A stretch of 64,000 nt of DNA from Candidatus Latescibacterota bacterium (GTDB lineage: Bacteria > Latescibacterota > UBA2968 > UBA8231), in NCBI GenBank assembly GCA_965215195.1, contig CBDCDC010000002.1, positions 3,424,001 through 3,488,000 on the forward strand, in the 5' to 3' direction. The position numbers and the translations under genes were made by a program. The notes under the pieces were generated by a model, which saw only the letters and a program-made list of their open reading frames with translations, was not told the DNA's origin and ran no database searches. Below, piece by piece: positions 18,023-28,426 of this stretch (positions are counted from its first letter, which is position 1; each line of letters opens with the position of its first letter).

Positions 18023-21000
18023 ATGGGACATTTTAGCAAACGACTCGTCCAATCGTCGCCTCTCTTCTTCACCTTGATTTTCTGCTTAGGCTTTCTCGCC
18101 GCTGGGCGGGAAGCACTCGCCCAGCGCAGCAAAGGACATCGGGTTACCAATAGCCGCATCATCGTCGAGACCGCCGAGCACTGGCGTAGCTGGCAGCTAC
18201 CCATCCACGCCGTTGATGTGCTACCTGAAGGAGGGGTTCGACCCCACCGCTCGCGCCAGCGCTACAATATTCTCGACGACCAAGATACCTTTACCCGCCC
18301 CCTGAACGATTTCAGGCGCAAGAAAAATCAGCACGCCATCCTCAATATCGACAGCACCTTCACGCTTGACGTGAAGGGCAACGTCCTTACCGACAGAAAA
18401 GGCAACCCCCTCCATACCTACTTTGCTCGACCGGGTATTAGCCGGGTAGGGTCCAATCCACGAGCAGCGAGAAACATCCTCGATGGCGACCCGAGCACCT
18501 ACTGGGAACCGGACCGTAACGATCCTCTCGACGACTGGTGGATCGAGGTGGACTTGGGCAGGGTCGTAGCTGTCGATGAGATTTTGTTGCACTTCGTAGG
18601 CGAAGAGCTCGGCGACCCGTTTCTGAGCTTCAGAGTCCTAATAGCACCCGATCAAGAAGCCATCCTCGAAGAGGTCGACGAAGTGGACTTAGATCGCGTC
18701 GGCGGTACGCAGGCACCCAACCGGGACCAGCGCGACTTCAGCTTTGCGCTGAGGCAGCCTGATAGCTCTCCTAGCTGGCGAGGAAGGCTGGTGCAGACCA
18801 TTCGCATCGTCGTCACCGATACCCGCGCCGGCCGCGGCACTGAAGTCGATGAAGAGCAATGGTTAGCCCTCAACCCGTCAGACAGGGGCGACATCCTCTA
18901 TTTTGTCAAGGACCAGCAGGGTTTTGAGGAACGCTTGGACCAGAGCCGTCTCGAAGAGCCGGTGGAGATTTTCTACGACAACCTGCCACCCGAAAGGCAG
19001 GGAGCTAAAAAATTCTTCATTCGCGAGCGGCCCCGCCTAGCCGATATCGAGGTTTGGGGCTTTGGTGACAACATCAGCCCGGGGATCGTCAAGGGCGGCG
19101 GCAGCCTCTTTCTCTCAGGGGAAAATTTCTCGCCTGGTCCGGGTTTCGACGGCGATTACAATACCAACTTCCTGCACTTGGTTTGGTCCCCGCTCATTGA
19201 GCGCGGTGTGCTGACCGTCGATATGGGTGCTTCCTTCTTCCTCGACGCCATAGCGGTCTCAACTTCGGGGCGGCGGCGCTTTATCGATGGCTATATCATG
19301 CGCGGCTCGGATGGCTCGCGGGATTCCTCCGGCCGCTTGAAATGGCACCGCATCAGCTCGCGAGAACGCGAGGACAACAGCGTTGACCGCTATGAGCACC
19401 TCCTTGACACGTATGACGGGATCGAACTCCGCTTCCTCGAAATGACTGTCGTCTCCGTGGATCCCCGCCGCCGCGGTGGCTACAATACGGGAGCCGATAT
19501 CGGCGAATACCAGATCTTTTCCCAAGGCTACCCCGCCGAGGTAGTACTGACCTCGGACCTGATCGAATTGCCAGCCACTCGCAACTTTGGTCGCATCACC
19601 TATGAGAGCGAGGTTCCACCCGGCACCAGCCTCAAGATTCGCACCCGCTCCGGCGATCTGCTTGGCAAAATCATCCGCTACTTCGACAAATCCGGCACCG
19701 AACTCACTTTTGATGCTTGGAACAGCTTGCTCAACAGTTACAAGGGGCCGGTCGATACCTCCTTCGTGCCTGCCAGCGGCTGGAGCCCCTATAGCCGACC
19801 CTATCAGCAGTCGGGAGATCGCGTCACCTCGCCAGGGTTGCGTAGGTTCATGCAGATCCAAGTCAAACTGGAGACCACAGACCGCAATATCGCCGCGGCG
19901 ATCAATTCCATTGACATCGAACTCGTCAAGCCGGTAGCCTCCAACATAGTGGCTGAGCTATGGCCGTCTGCGGTAAAGGTGCTAGGACGGATTGATACCT
20001 TCGAAGTCTTTGTCCAGTCCCAGTTTATAGAGTCGCCCGCCACTTCGCGCAGTGTCGGCTTCAACGAAATCCTCCTCGCCATGCCCCCATCCCAAGAGAT
20101 GCAACTTCTCGAAGTGGGCATCCAAAACAGCACTGTTGGAGCAGAGCGGATATTCTCGCCTTTGGGAGACCCCACGCTCTTTGCCAATGGGGACGGCAGC
20201 CAAATTGAACTGCTGAGTCCTAGCTCCGATTCGCTCTGGATACGCCTACCCGAATCCCTCAACGCGCTGGTGGATGCTCCCCGCATTTACAACCGCCGCA
20301 CCTCTAAGGGCGATCAAGTGCCGGTGACCGCAGACGGCCTGCCCCTAACGGACGCAGCCTATGGCCTGCTTGAGGTGGAGGAACAGGGCGATATCCGCTA
20401 TTTCCGCCGCACCGTGGATGCCCAAGGCGAAATCACCCTGTCCGCGGTCTCCGAAGCCGCCTACCAAGAACTCGAGGCCGACCAGCAGGGTCCGATTCGC
20501 TACTTCCGCATTCTGCGCGGCGATGGTGCCCAGTTCCCCTTTGATGCTGCGGGCGACTCGCTTGATGCGACAGCCTATAACCGCCTGTCCTCCTCCTTCC
20601 GGGGGACCGTGGTCGCCGCGGGTGCTCTAATGCGGCTGCGCTTTGCCGCTCCCGTCTTTGTCAACGGCACTACCTTGGAAATGACCGTGCGCAATACGGG
20701 CGGCACCAATATGGCTGCGCCTTGGCAAAGAGTCGAAGCCGGCGACGCGACAGCGCTGATAGGCAGCAATGCACTTTCGATCAACCTGCCGCTCAACGCC
20801 AAGGCAGTTGACGAATTCCGCATCGCCCCCAATCCGTTTACTCCCAACGGCGATGGGATAAACGACGAGACTGAAATCCGCTTCTCCGTCTTCAAACTCA
20901 CCGCTCCGCGACAGGCCCAAGTGCGGGTTTACACGCTGGCAGGTCGCAAAGTTTGGGAGAACACCCAGATACTTCAAAGTGGTCGCGTCAGCATTTCTTG

Positions 21001-21124
21001 GGATGGAATAGACCCGAGCGGCCGCAAAGTACCGCCTGGGCTATACGTTTGCCAAGTGCGCCTCGACACAGATCGGGAAAGCCGCTCGGCCACGCGGACG
21101 CGCCTACTCTCCATCGCCTATTAG
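18023..21124 (+). CDS. Large secreted protein, discoidin-like domain + C-terminal FlgD Ig-like domain
   Basis: AGGAGG RBS, signal peptide; DGDPSTYW..WIEVDLG; PNPFTPNGDGIND..WDG..VPPGLY. Confidence 0.85.
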   Translation: MGHFSKRLVQSSPLFFTLIFCLGFLAAGREALAQRSKGHRVTNSRIIVETAEHWRSWQLPIHAVDVLPEGGVRPHRSRQRYNILDDQDTFTRPLNDFRRKKNQHAILNIDSTFTLDVKGNVLTDRKGNPLHTYFARPGISRVGSNPRAARNILDGDPSTYWEPDRNDPLDDWWIEVDLGRVVAVDEILLHFVGEELGDPFLSFRVLIAPDQEAILEEVDEVDLDRVGGTQAPNRDQRDFSFALRQPDSSPSWRGRLVQTIRIVVTDTRAGRGTEVDEEQWLALNPSDRGDILYFVKDQQGFEERLDQSRLEEPVEIFYDNLPPERQGAKKFFIRERPRLADIEVWGFGDNISPGIVKGGGSLFLSGENFSPGPGFDGDYNTNFLHLVWSPLIERGVLTVDMGASFFLDAIAVSTSGRRRFIDGYIMRGSDGSRDSSGRLKWHRISSREREDNSVDRYEHLLDTYDGIELRFLEMTVVSVDPRRRGGYNTGADIGEYQIFSQGYPAEVVLTSDLIELPATRNFGRITYESEVPPGTSLKIRTRSGDLLGKIIRYFDKSGTELTFDAWNSLLNSYKGPVDTSFVPASGWSPYSRPYQQSGDRVTSPGLRRFMQIQVKLETTDRNIAAAINSIDIELVKPVASNIVAELWPSAVKVLGRIDTFEVFVQSQFIESPATSRSVGFNEILLAMPPSQEMQLLEVGIQNSTVGAERIFSPLGDPTLFANGDGSQIELLSPSSDSLWIRLPESLNALVDAPRIYNRRTSKGDQVPVTADGLPLTDAAYGLLEVEEQGDIRYFRRTVDAQGEITLSAVSEAAYQELEADQQGPIRYFRILRGDGAQFPFDAAGDSLDATAYNRLSSSFRGTVVAAGALMRLRFAAPVFVNGTTLEMTVRNTGGTNMAAPWQRVEAGDATALIGSNALSINLPLNAKAVDEFRIAPNPFTPNGDGINDETEIRFSVFKLTAPRQAQVRVYTLAGRKVWENTQILQSGRVSISWDGIDPSGRKVPPGLYVCQVRLDTDRESRSATRTRLLSIAY

Positions 21125-21213
21125 AATTGTTTGACAGACAAGCGGTTTTGCCATACTTAATTTTGGTCGCGGGGTATTGGTAGATGTGATATTACTACTC
21201 TGAGGAGGTCGTC

Positions 21214-23895
21214 GTGCAGAGAACGAAAAGCACCCGCTCGTTTGTGTTGGCTGTTCTGGTCCCGTGTTGTCTCCTGTCGCTTCCCCAGCTTGGCACGGCT
21301 CAGGAATACGGTGCTCGTCTGGGCACCATCCAACCAAGCGGCAAGGTTTCCTTCGAGCCCCAAGGTCCTGGAGTCCTCTTCGGTGCCCTCGATCCGGCCA
21401 AGCGGAGGTGGTACGTGCCCCAAGAGCTCTACAAAGAGTACCGGTGGAACCAATGGGAGTACTCGAACTATGCGCGCCAACACTACGAGCGCTACGTCAA
21501 CATCACCAACGAGGGCGACTCTTACTACGACCTCTACGGCAACTTCGTCACCCGAGGCTGGCTCCTTTTTAACAACTCCCAATCCCAGCCCCAGCAGTTC
21601 GGCTCCTCGGTACTCAAAGGCAACAGGTTCCAAGGCTGGTTCAGTGGGTTGTTGGTCTCGGCCGACGCCAAGGGCCAGCACCACTACTCGGTGACTATCG
21701 GCGACAATATCCGCACCACGCTTACACCTATGACCTTCTCCAAGCCCCGCTGGGATGGCGTCCAGTTCGACTACGCCGCCGACAAGTACCAAGGTACGCT
21801 CATCTACTCGCGCCTCAGCCAACCCGGTGGCAGCACCACCAACGATCTAGAGGTCCTCGCCACCAATGCCACTTCCATGGTCGGCGGGCGCGGCACCATG
21901 CAGGTGGGCGACTTCGCCATCTTGGGCTTGACGGCCGTCAACTCCCACCAATCCAACACCCTCATCAGCGGCTTCAGGGGCAACCCGGTCACCGGCAAAC
22001 TCACTATCGACCAGAACCAAACGATCTCCTTCATCGAAATCGTGCTGCGCGACGACTCGCCCGAAGACCAAGTCGGCGGCGCTGCTTTCTTCCCCACTGG
22101 CTCTGACATCATCATTACTTACAACGACGGCACGGTAGATCGGGGCAAGGATATACGCTTCAAGCCGATCATCGAGGGCGGCTTTATCCGCCAAGGCTTT
22201 CTCTCTGCCGATGGCACCGAGGAGATCCGCCTGCGCTACGATTTCGACAGCCCGGCTTTTGTCAATCGTTCATCTGGTGCTAAGGAAGAAATCAAAAGAG
22301 TCGAGTTCCGCCTAGTGCTGGGCAATGATTACCAAGTCTGGATCTCTTCAAACAACCAGCTCAATACCTCGGATGTCTCGGTGCTCTTGCTGGTTGCCCA
22401 AGCCGAGGGCAATGTCCAAGACAACACCAACTTGCAGGTCGTTAGCTTCGAGTACGGTTTACCCACGGCGACCCAGATCTGGGGTGCCACCCTCGAATTA
22501 GCGGAAGTTTTTGGCTTCAACTTCTACGGCGAATACGACTTGAGTTACTCTTATGTCCAGTATCCCAACGTGTTGCGCAAGAGCCACTCAACTTCCTCGG
22601 GGCTCCGCGGCGATCGGGCGGCACCAGCTTGGATGATCAACCTCTCGCGCAACACGTATCCTTGGTTCGCCTTCGGCGAGGCCTACAGCATGGATCCGCG
22701 CTACAATACCAAGACCTTCACCACGCTGAGTTCCGGCTTCATTGACTACGAGGACGAACGCGTCCACGCAGTTGAGCTAGTCGAGGACAACGACGACCAA
22801 GACCGTTTCCCTGACACTGTGCGCAAGGACTGGCGCGCCGGCGACCAAGAAGTCTATCCCGGCTGGGACGAGAACAACGACTTCATCTCCGACTTCAACC
22901 AGAACGACAATCGCTTCCTCTCCAACTCCTTACCCGACTACGAAGAGCCTTTCCTGCGCCACAATGTCGACCGTCCCGAGTTTCTCTTCGGCATCGACCT
23001 CAACAACAACGTCTGGATTGACCGCTTTGAAAACGACGAAGCACCCGACTACCCCTACAAGAAGGACCATCGGGGGTTCAACGTATATGGCGGTATGCAC
23101 CTGACGCCAGAGGTCCGGCTGATGGCCGGGGTCCTGCGCGAAGACCTCATCTCCTCAAAGCAAAAAAACCGCGTCGAGTACGTGCTTTTCACCATCGACA
23201 AGTCCACGCCTCATTGGGGGCGCTTTCGCCTCTTTGAGATGCTCAAGTCGGTCGAGGACGACATTCCCGACGACCTGCAGCAGTGGTTGCCTAACGCCAA
23301 TATCCGCACCGGCGAATCGACCAAGATCGAGGACCCCCTCATCGCTCGCGATACCTATATCAACGCCCTATGGCTGGGCCACGATTATCAGCACGGAGGC
23401 TTCATCGCCAAAAACTTCCTCAAATACGATACGTATTACCAGCGCCTCGACGAGGACCAACGCGCCCCCTTAGGCTTGCGCCAGCGCGATTTTTTCTTTG
23501 GCTTCATCAACAAAGTGAGCTACCGCCTCAACCTAGGGCGGCTGTGGGTTGAGCCGCGCTGGAAGAGCGAGTACCGCCAACAGACCATCGACTTACTCTC
23601 TCAAGAAAAACGGACCGAACTTGCCGAGATCGGCGGTTTCCTACTCGGCTTTCCCATGCTCCAGCACACAACCCTGCAGCTCGGCTTGGAGTTCACCTTT
23701 GTCAACGATTTCGAGCGCGACCTCAACGACTCCAACAGCATCGTCGGAGCTGCCCAGTTCACCAATGTATCTGACTATCTGGGGTACAAGCTCACCACGC
23801 AGATGGGCACGCGGATAGACCGCCGCAACCCCAAGGGTGACGAATCGGAAACCATCACCGAAAGCTTCATCACCGTTTACGCTGGCCTGCAATAA
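21214..23895 (+). CDS. Hypothetical exported protein, probable outer-membrane beta-barrel with Asp-rich insert
   Basis: GAGGAGG RBS, signal peptide, amphipathic beta strands, terminal FITVYAGLQ. Confidence 0.75.
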   Translation: MQRTKSTRSFVLAVLVPCCLLSLPQLGTAQEYGARLGTIQPSGKVSFEPQGPGVLFGALDPAKRRWYVPQELYKEYRWNQWEYSNYARQHYERYVNITNEGDSYYDLYGNFVTRGWLLFNNSQSQPQQFGSSVLKGNRFQGWFSGLLVSADAKGQHHYSVTIGDNIRTTLTPMTFSKPRWDGVQFDYAADKYQGTLIYSRLSQPGGSTTNDLEVLATNATSMVGGRGTMQVGDFAILGLTAVNSHQSNTLISGFRGNPVTGKLTIDQNQTISFIEIVLRDDSPEDQVGGAAFFPTGSDIIITYNDGTVDRGKDIRFKPIIEGGFIRQGFLSADGTEEIRLRYDFDSPAFVNRSSGAKEEIKRVEFRLVLGNDYQVWISSNNQLNTSDVSVLLLVAQAEGNVQDNTNLQVVSFEYGLPTATQIWGATLELAEVFGFNFYGEYDLSYSYVQYPNVLRKSHSTSSGLRGDRAAPAWMINLSRNTYPWFAFGEAYSMDPRYNTKTFTTLSSGFIDYEDERVHAVELVEDNDDQDRFPDTVRKDWRAGDQEVYPGWDENNDFISDFNQNDNRFLSNSLPDYEEPFLRHNVDRPEFLFGIDLNNNVWIDRFENDEAPDYPYKKDHRGFNVYGGMHLTPEVRLMAGVLREDLISSKQKNRVEYVLFTIDKSTPHWGRFRLFEMLKSVEDDIPDDLQQWLPNANIRTGESTKIEDPLIARDTYINALWLGHDYQHGGFIAKNFLKYDTYYQRLDEDQRAPLGLRQRDFFFGFINKVSYRLNLGRLWVEPRWKSEYRQQTIDLLSQEKRTELAEIGGFLLGFPMLQHTTLQLGLEFTFVNDFERDLNDSNSIVGAAQFTNVSDYLGYKLTTQMGTRIDRRNPKGDESETITESFITVYAGLQ

Positions 23896-23905
23896 CTTTG
23901 GCCTT

Positions 23906-26164
23906 ATGGCCCCGAGCCGCCGCGAACTTTGGATCTGCGCCCTCATCGTCCTGTTGGCCTTGGGCCTGCGTCTCTTCTACCTGAGCGAACTCTCCACCAG
24001 TCCGCTTTTCGCCGTTCCGGTCGTCGATGCCCGGATCTACGTCGATGAGGCCCGCTACCTCAGCGAGGTTTCTTGGGCCGGGCGACCGACGCCCTTTTGG
24101 CAACCACCGCTCTATCCCTATCTGCTTGGTCTGCTCTTCTCCGTAGGCGGCGAAAATTATTACCTGCCTCGCTTGCTCCAAGCCCTATTCGGTGCGTTCG
24201 TCTGCGGGCTAACCTATCTGCTCGGCCTCCGTCTCTTTCCTCCGGCCGTGGCACTCGGCGCGGGGCTGGCCGCCACTTTCTATGGCCCGCTGATTTACTT
24301 TGGCGGCGAATTGCTGCCCACCATCCCAGCCCTCCTCCTCGACTTGGCTCTGCTGCTCTTGCTGCTCACCGCTCCCCTAAAGCAGCGCTGGCCGTGGCTG
24401 ATCGCCGGTATTACACTGGGGCTGGCCGCCCTAGCGGTATCCAATATTCTCCTCTTCGCGCCGGTATTGCTTGCTTGGCTCTGGTTTTCTCAGGGGAACT
24501 TTGTCCAGCGAGGAGCCTTGTTGCTCCTCGGCATCGCGCTGGTCATTGCCCCGGTTGCGTTGCGCAATTATCTAGTCGGCGACGACTGGGTTCTAATCTC
24601 GCACAACGCCGGCATCAATTTCTACATCGGCAATAACCCTGACTACCAACGCACGGTCAATATCCGTCCTGGTAGGGCTTGGCTCCAGCTAGTGGAAATG
24701 CCCGAACGCGAAGCCGGCATTGAACGCCCCTCAGCTAAATCCCGTTTCTTCTTCGCCCGTTCTTGGGACTTCGCCGCCGCGAATCCGCTCGACTATGCGT
24801 GGCTACAGCTTTACAAGCTCTATCTATTTTGGCACGGCGACGAAATAAAACGCAACATCGATCCATATTTTGCCCGCCGCGACTCAGCACTTTTGGCCGC
24901 TCTCTTGTGGAAAAAGGGCGTGGCCTTCCCCTTCGGATTAGTAGCCCCATTCGCCCTCTTAGGTCTAGTGCTCTTTACGCGCACCTCGGCGGGCAAGACC
25001 GAGCAGGGGCATATCTTCTTGCTATTCACTCTGACGTACATGGTCTCGGTGGTGCTCTTCTTCGTTACCTCGCGCTACCGGCTGCCCGTCGTGCCCTTGC
25101 TTTCACTCTACGCCGGCTTCGGGATGTATTCACTGTGGAAAGAAGCACAGTACCGCAGGAAGGCCCTAGTGGCTTTGCCCCTTCTGGCACTCTTGACCAA
25201 TATCGGTGCCGGGGCTATGGACGAGGCGGGCGAACCTCAGCAGCACTTCTGGCTGGGCTATGCCTACGAGCGCAACGGTATGCCGGCCAATGCCATGCGC
25301 GAATACAGGTGGGTCCTCAAGCAGCTTCCCGACCACGACGACGCGCTTTTGCGCCTAGCGGCCCTCTACGTTGACGAAAAGGAATACCACAAAGCCGTCG
25401 ATCTCTACAGAAAATATCTGGAGTTTTACCCCGAGGCGGACCGAGTCCGCTACTTTCTCGGCAATGCCCTGTTGCACATGCATCGCTACGAAGACGCCAT
25501 CGCCACCTACGAGCAGGTCGCCGCAAAGCGCCCCAACTGGGCGACCATCTACGGCCGAATCGGCTATGCCCACGCAATGGCGGGCCAACTCGGCCAAGCA
25601 GCCCATGCCTACCGCCGCACCCTAGCACTGCGTCCCGATTCCACCGTGGTGCGCTACCAGTTGGCTCGGCTCTATGAAACAGAAGGCCAGTTGCAGGCCG
25701 CTGCCGCTGAGTACCGCACACTGCTGGAGCAAGCCCCTACCGAACCCGAGTACTGCATCCGCCTAGCCGATCTGCTCGTCGAGGAAGCAACCACTGGACA
25801 GACGACCGCACTCTTGGAGCAGACACTCCAAACCCAGAAGGCCGAGGCTCTTTTGCGCCGGGCTATCGACCTAGACCCAAACCTCCTCCAAGGCTATTGG
25901 AGCATGGGGCTACTCTTAGCTCGACAGAATCGCTATCCCGAAGCCTTAATTTTCTTCGAGAAAATTGCCGAACTCTCGCCGCAGGATTCCCAAGTACACG
26001 CCTGTCTGGGCAATGTTTACGAGCGCCTTGGCAGAGAAGCCGAAGCACAGAAGCACTTCGCTTACTACGACGAACTCAAGCGAAAACGGCGTTTGCAGGA
26101 CAAGGCGAGGGCAGAAGTAGAAAAGAATTTAGAACTGGTGCAGAAGATACTCGGACAGCGATAG
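23906..26164 (+). CDS. GT-C (ArnT/PMT-like) membrane glycosyltransferase with C-terminal TPR repeats
   Basis: VDARIY, QPPLYPY, NFYIGNNP, RYRLP; many TPR units. Confidence 0.85.
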   Translation: MAPSRRELWICALIVLLALGLRLFYLSELSTSPLFAVPVVDARIYVDEARYLSEVSWAGRPTPFWQPPLYPYLLGLLFSVGGENYYLPRLLQALFGAFVCGLTYLLGLRLFPPAVALGAGLAATFYGPLIYFGGELLPTIPALLLDLALLLLLLTAPLKQRWPWLIAGITLGLAALAVSNILLFAPVLLAWLWFSQGNFVQRGALLLLGIALVIAPVALRNYLVGDDWVLISHNAGINFYIGNNPDYQRTVNIRPGRAWLQLVEMPEREAGIERPSAKSRFFFARSWDFAAANPLDYAWLQLYKLYLFWHGDEIKRNIDPYFARRDSALLAALLWKKGVAFPFGLVAPFALLGLVLFTRTSAGKTEQGHIFLLFTLTYMVSVVLFFVTSRYRLPVVPLLSLYAGFGMYSLWKEAQYRRKALVALPLLALLTNIGAGAMDEAGEPQQHFWLGYAYERNGMPANAMREYRWVLKQLPDHDDALLRLAALYVDEKEYHKAVDLYRKYLEFYPEADRVRYFLGNALLHMHRYEDAIATYEQVAAKRPNWATIYGRIGYAHAMAGQLGQAAHAYRRTLALRPDSTVVRYQLARLYETEGQLQAAAAEYRTLLEQAPTEPEYCIRLADLLVEEATTGQTTALLEQTLQTQKAEALLRRAIDLDPNLLQGYWSMGLLLARQNRYPEALIFFEKIAELSPQDSQVHACLGNVYERLGREAEAQKHFAYYDELKRKRRLQDKARAEVEKNLELVQKILGQR

Positions 26165-26173
26165 AATCCGCGT

Positions 26174-28291
26174 TCAATACGCCACACCCACTAGCCGGGA
26201 CTGCTCGTCGCGTTGGGCATCCCCTTCTATCGCCAACCGCACAATATAGAGCCCTAGCGGGACTAGCTCGCCTTGGGCATCAAGTCCGTCCCACACCTTG
26301 TCTTCGTAGCGTCCGTTGCGTTCGGGAGCGTCGTAGACGAGGCGGACTAGCCGGCCGCTCAGATCGTAAACGGCGATCTCTACCGGGCGGGCAACATCCA
26401 AAGCGAGCAAGTTATAGTACACCCTGGCCACATCGTTGACCCGATCCCCGTTGGGGGTGAAGATCGCGGGTGCGATCTCCATTTTGTCTAGCAAACGGCC
26501 TTTGTGCAGCATTGAGGGACTCAATACCGTAGTACCGGATAGATCGGCATCGTCGTCTGTAGCCAGTCTTGCCGCATCGCCCGAAACGACGGCTTGGGAT
26601 ATACTCCCCTCTTCGTCGGAAAGCCGAACCGCCGCAGTAAAGTTGGTGCTATAGGTCAGCACCTCGGTCTGAAAGTAGATTTTTATTAGTGCGTTGCCTG
26701 CTTGCAGGAAGGGAAGCCGTACCGAGAATTTGTCGTCTTCTACGGCGAGAATTTGGAATCCGTCGACGCGGGTCGTGTCTTCAAGCCCGGCAAAGACGCG
26801 CTCGGCGACGAGTTGTCCGGTTTCATCCACCAACTCTAGGCGATCTATGCTCTCTACTCGGGTAGGAGTGAATATCTCTATGGTGTCAAAACCGCGCAGG
26901 TTGGCCGTCTCTAAGACCGGACGCACGACATACGTGAAGGTCGTGTTTTCGGCTATGCGAACCTCTCGCGGAAAAATCTCGCCGATAACTTCGTCGGCAA
27001 AGGGCGGCGTCAGCAGATCAAAACTCAGGGATTTTAGCCCCCGGGCCGCCTCTAGATCGTCGCTTTGAAAAAAAACTTGGAACTGGAGGTAACGGTTCGG
27101 ACTAGGGGAGGCAATGGGAATCCCCGGGCCGTTGGCCGCACTCGCAGGATAGGGCGTACTGAACGGACTCCAGTTGATTAGATCGTCCCTGATGAGGCCG
27201 GGGTTCCACTGGCGGCCAAGGGAGTCGTCCTTGGGCAGCGTTTCGTACTCGGCTAATTCCATTTCCCGGGTCGGGTCCTCCAAAGAGAGCGGAATCTCCT
27301 CGGCGTCGCGCTTACCTGCTAACAGCCGCGTGAAGACAAAGGGCGTGGCGTCGTTAGCCGTGCGAGTGCGGATTTGCAGACGGGAAAACACCTCGGGGCC
27401 GACGACTTCTTCTACCCACCGCATATCGCCCCAGAGGGCGGGCTGGCCGGCGTCGAATATGTCCGAAATGTACTGGGCTTCGGAGAGGAATCCCGTGCCG
27501 TAAACCTCGAATTCGTCGATCTCAAAGTTGACCGTAGAGGTGGCTCGCAGGCGTACGAACTGGACGTAACTGGGTGGGTCTATGACCACATCGACGACGG
27601 GATTTTCGTTGTCGGCCTCCAACAGCAGCGGATCCCAAATCAAGCTGCCGTCGTTGGTCAGGCTGATTCCGTCGTTGGTAAATAGCTCGAAGGCCCGCAA
27701 GAAGTCGTTGTGGAAGGGCTTGGTCGGGGATTTATGCACGGTATTGCGCGGATAGAAGCGGATGCGATTGACGCCAAAACGCCCCCCCAAATTGAGGATG
27801 ACCAGCGTACCCAGAGCGTTGAAATTCTTGCGCTCAAACGCCTCCTTTTCACCGCCATCCTCGCTAGTGAGCAACTCCTCCAAAGCCAGTCGGAGGTCGT
27901 TGCGATCAAATATACTACCACTGGCGACACCGACGTCGCGCCCGAAGTCTGAGACGTTGGGCGCGTCTATTTCACCGCCCCGCGCCACCGTATTGTTGGC
28001 GATGTTTTCGCCGTCTTCTATGCGCAGGGGAAGGATACCACGAGAAAAATCGGGATGCGCGAATTCGACTAGATTCCCGGGCGCATTGCCCACTAGCAGG
28101 CGGTTGGGGTTGAGGGGTGAGCGATGTTCCGCATTGATGACCGCCACGGCGGCACTGCCTTCGCCCTGCCAATCCAACTCGCCGCCCTCGCCCAAGGTAA
28201 CGGTTTCGAAAGCGAAAACAGGGCCACAAACGACTGTTAGGAATCCTGATACTAGGGTAAAAAAGCGCGAAAAATAGCCCGATACACGCAT
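26174..28291 (-). CDS. Secreted FlgD Ig-like domain protein (paralog of 18023 and 28427)
   Basis: Signal peptide; NRIRFYPR, EFEVYGTGF, IRTRT, WSPFSTPY, PAIFTPNGDRVND, WDG. Confidence 0.85.
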   Translation of the reverse strand: MRVSGYFSRFFTLVSGFLTVVCGPVFAFETVTLGEGGELDWQGEGSAAVAVINAEHRSPLNPNRLLVGNAPGNLVEFAHPDFSRGILPLRIEDGENIANNTVARGGEIDAPNVSDFGRDVGVASGSIFDRNDLRLALEELLTSEDGGEKEAFERKNFNALGTLVILNLGGRFGVNRIRFYPRNTVHKSPTKPFHNDFLRAFELFTNDGISLTNDGSLIWDPLLLEADNENPVVDVVIDPPSYVQFVRLRATSTVNFEIDEFEVYGTGFLSEAQYISDIFDAGQPALWGDMRWVEEVVGPEVFSRLQIRTRTANDATPFVFTRLLAGKRDAEEIPLSLEDPTREMELAEYETLPKDDSLGRQWNPGLIRDDLINWSPFSTPYPASAANGPGIPIASPSPNRYLQFQVFFQSDDLEAARGLKSLSFDLLTPPFADEVIGEIFPREVRIAENTTFTYVVRPVLETANLRGFDTIEIFTPTRVESIDRLELVDETGQLVAERVFAGLEDTTRVDGFQILAVEDDKFSVRLPFLQAGNALIKIYFQTEVLTYSTNFTAAVRLSDEEGSISQAVVSGDAARLATDDDADLSGTTVLSPSMLHKGRLLDKMEIAPAIFTPNGDRVNDVARVYYNLLALDVARPVEIAVYDLSGRLVRLVYDAPERNGRYEDKVWDGLDAQGELVPLGLYIVRLAIEGDAQRDEQSRLVGVAY

Positions 28292-28426
28292 CGCGACGCT
28301 CCAAATAACCGAGACGGCGGCTTTTGGCAGCCAGCACTTGTAAAATGACTTTTGGCGACGAGTCGATATAGCTTTATTTTGCCTATATTATAAAATCTCG
28401 TCCCCCAGTTCAAGGAAGGATGGGCC

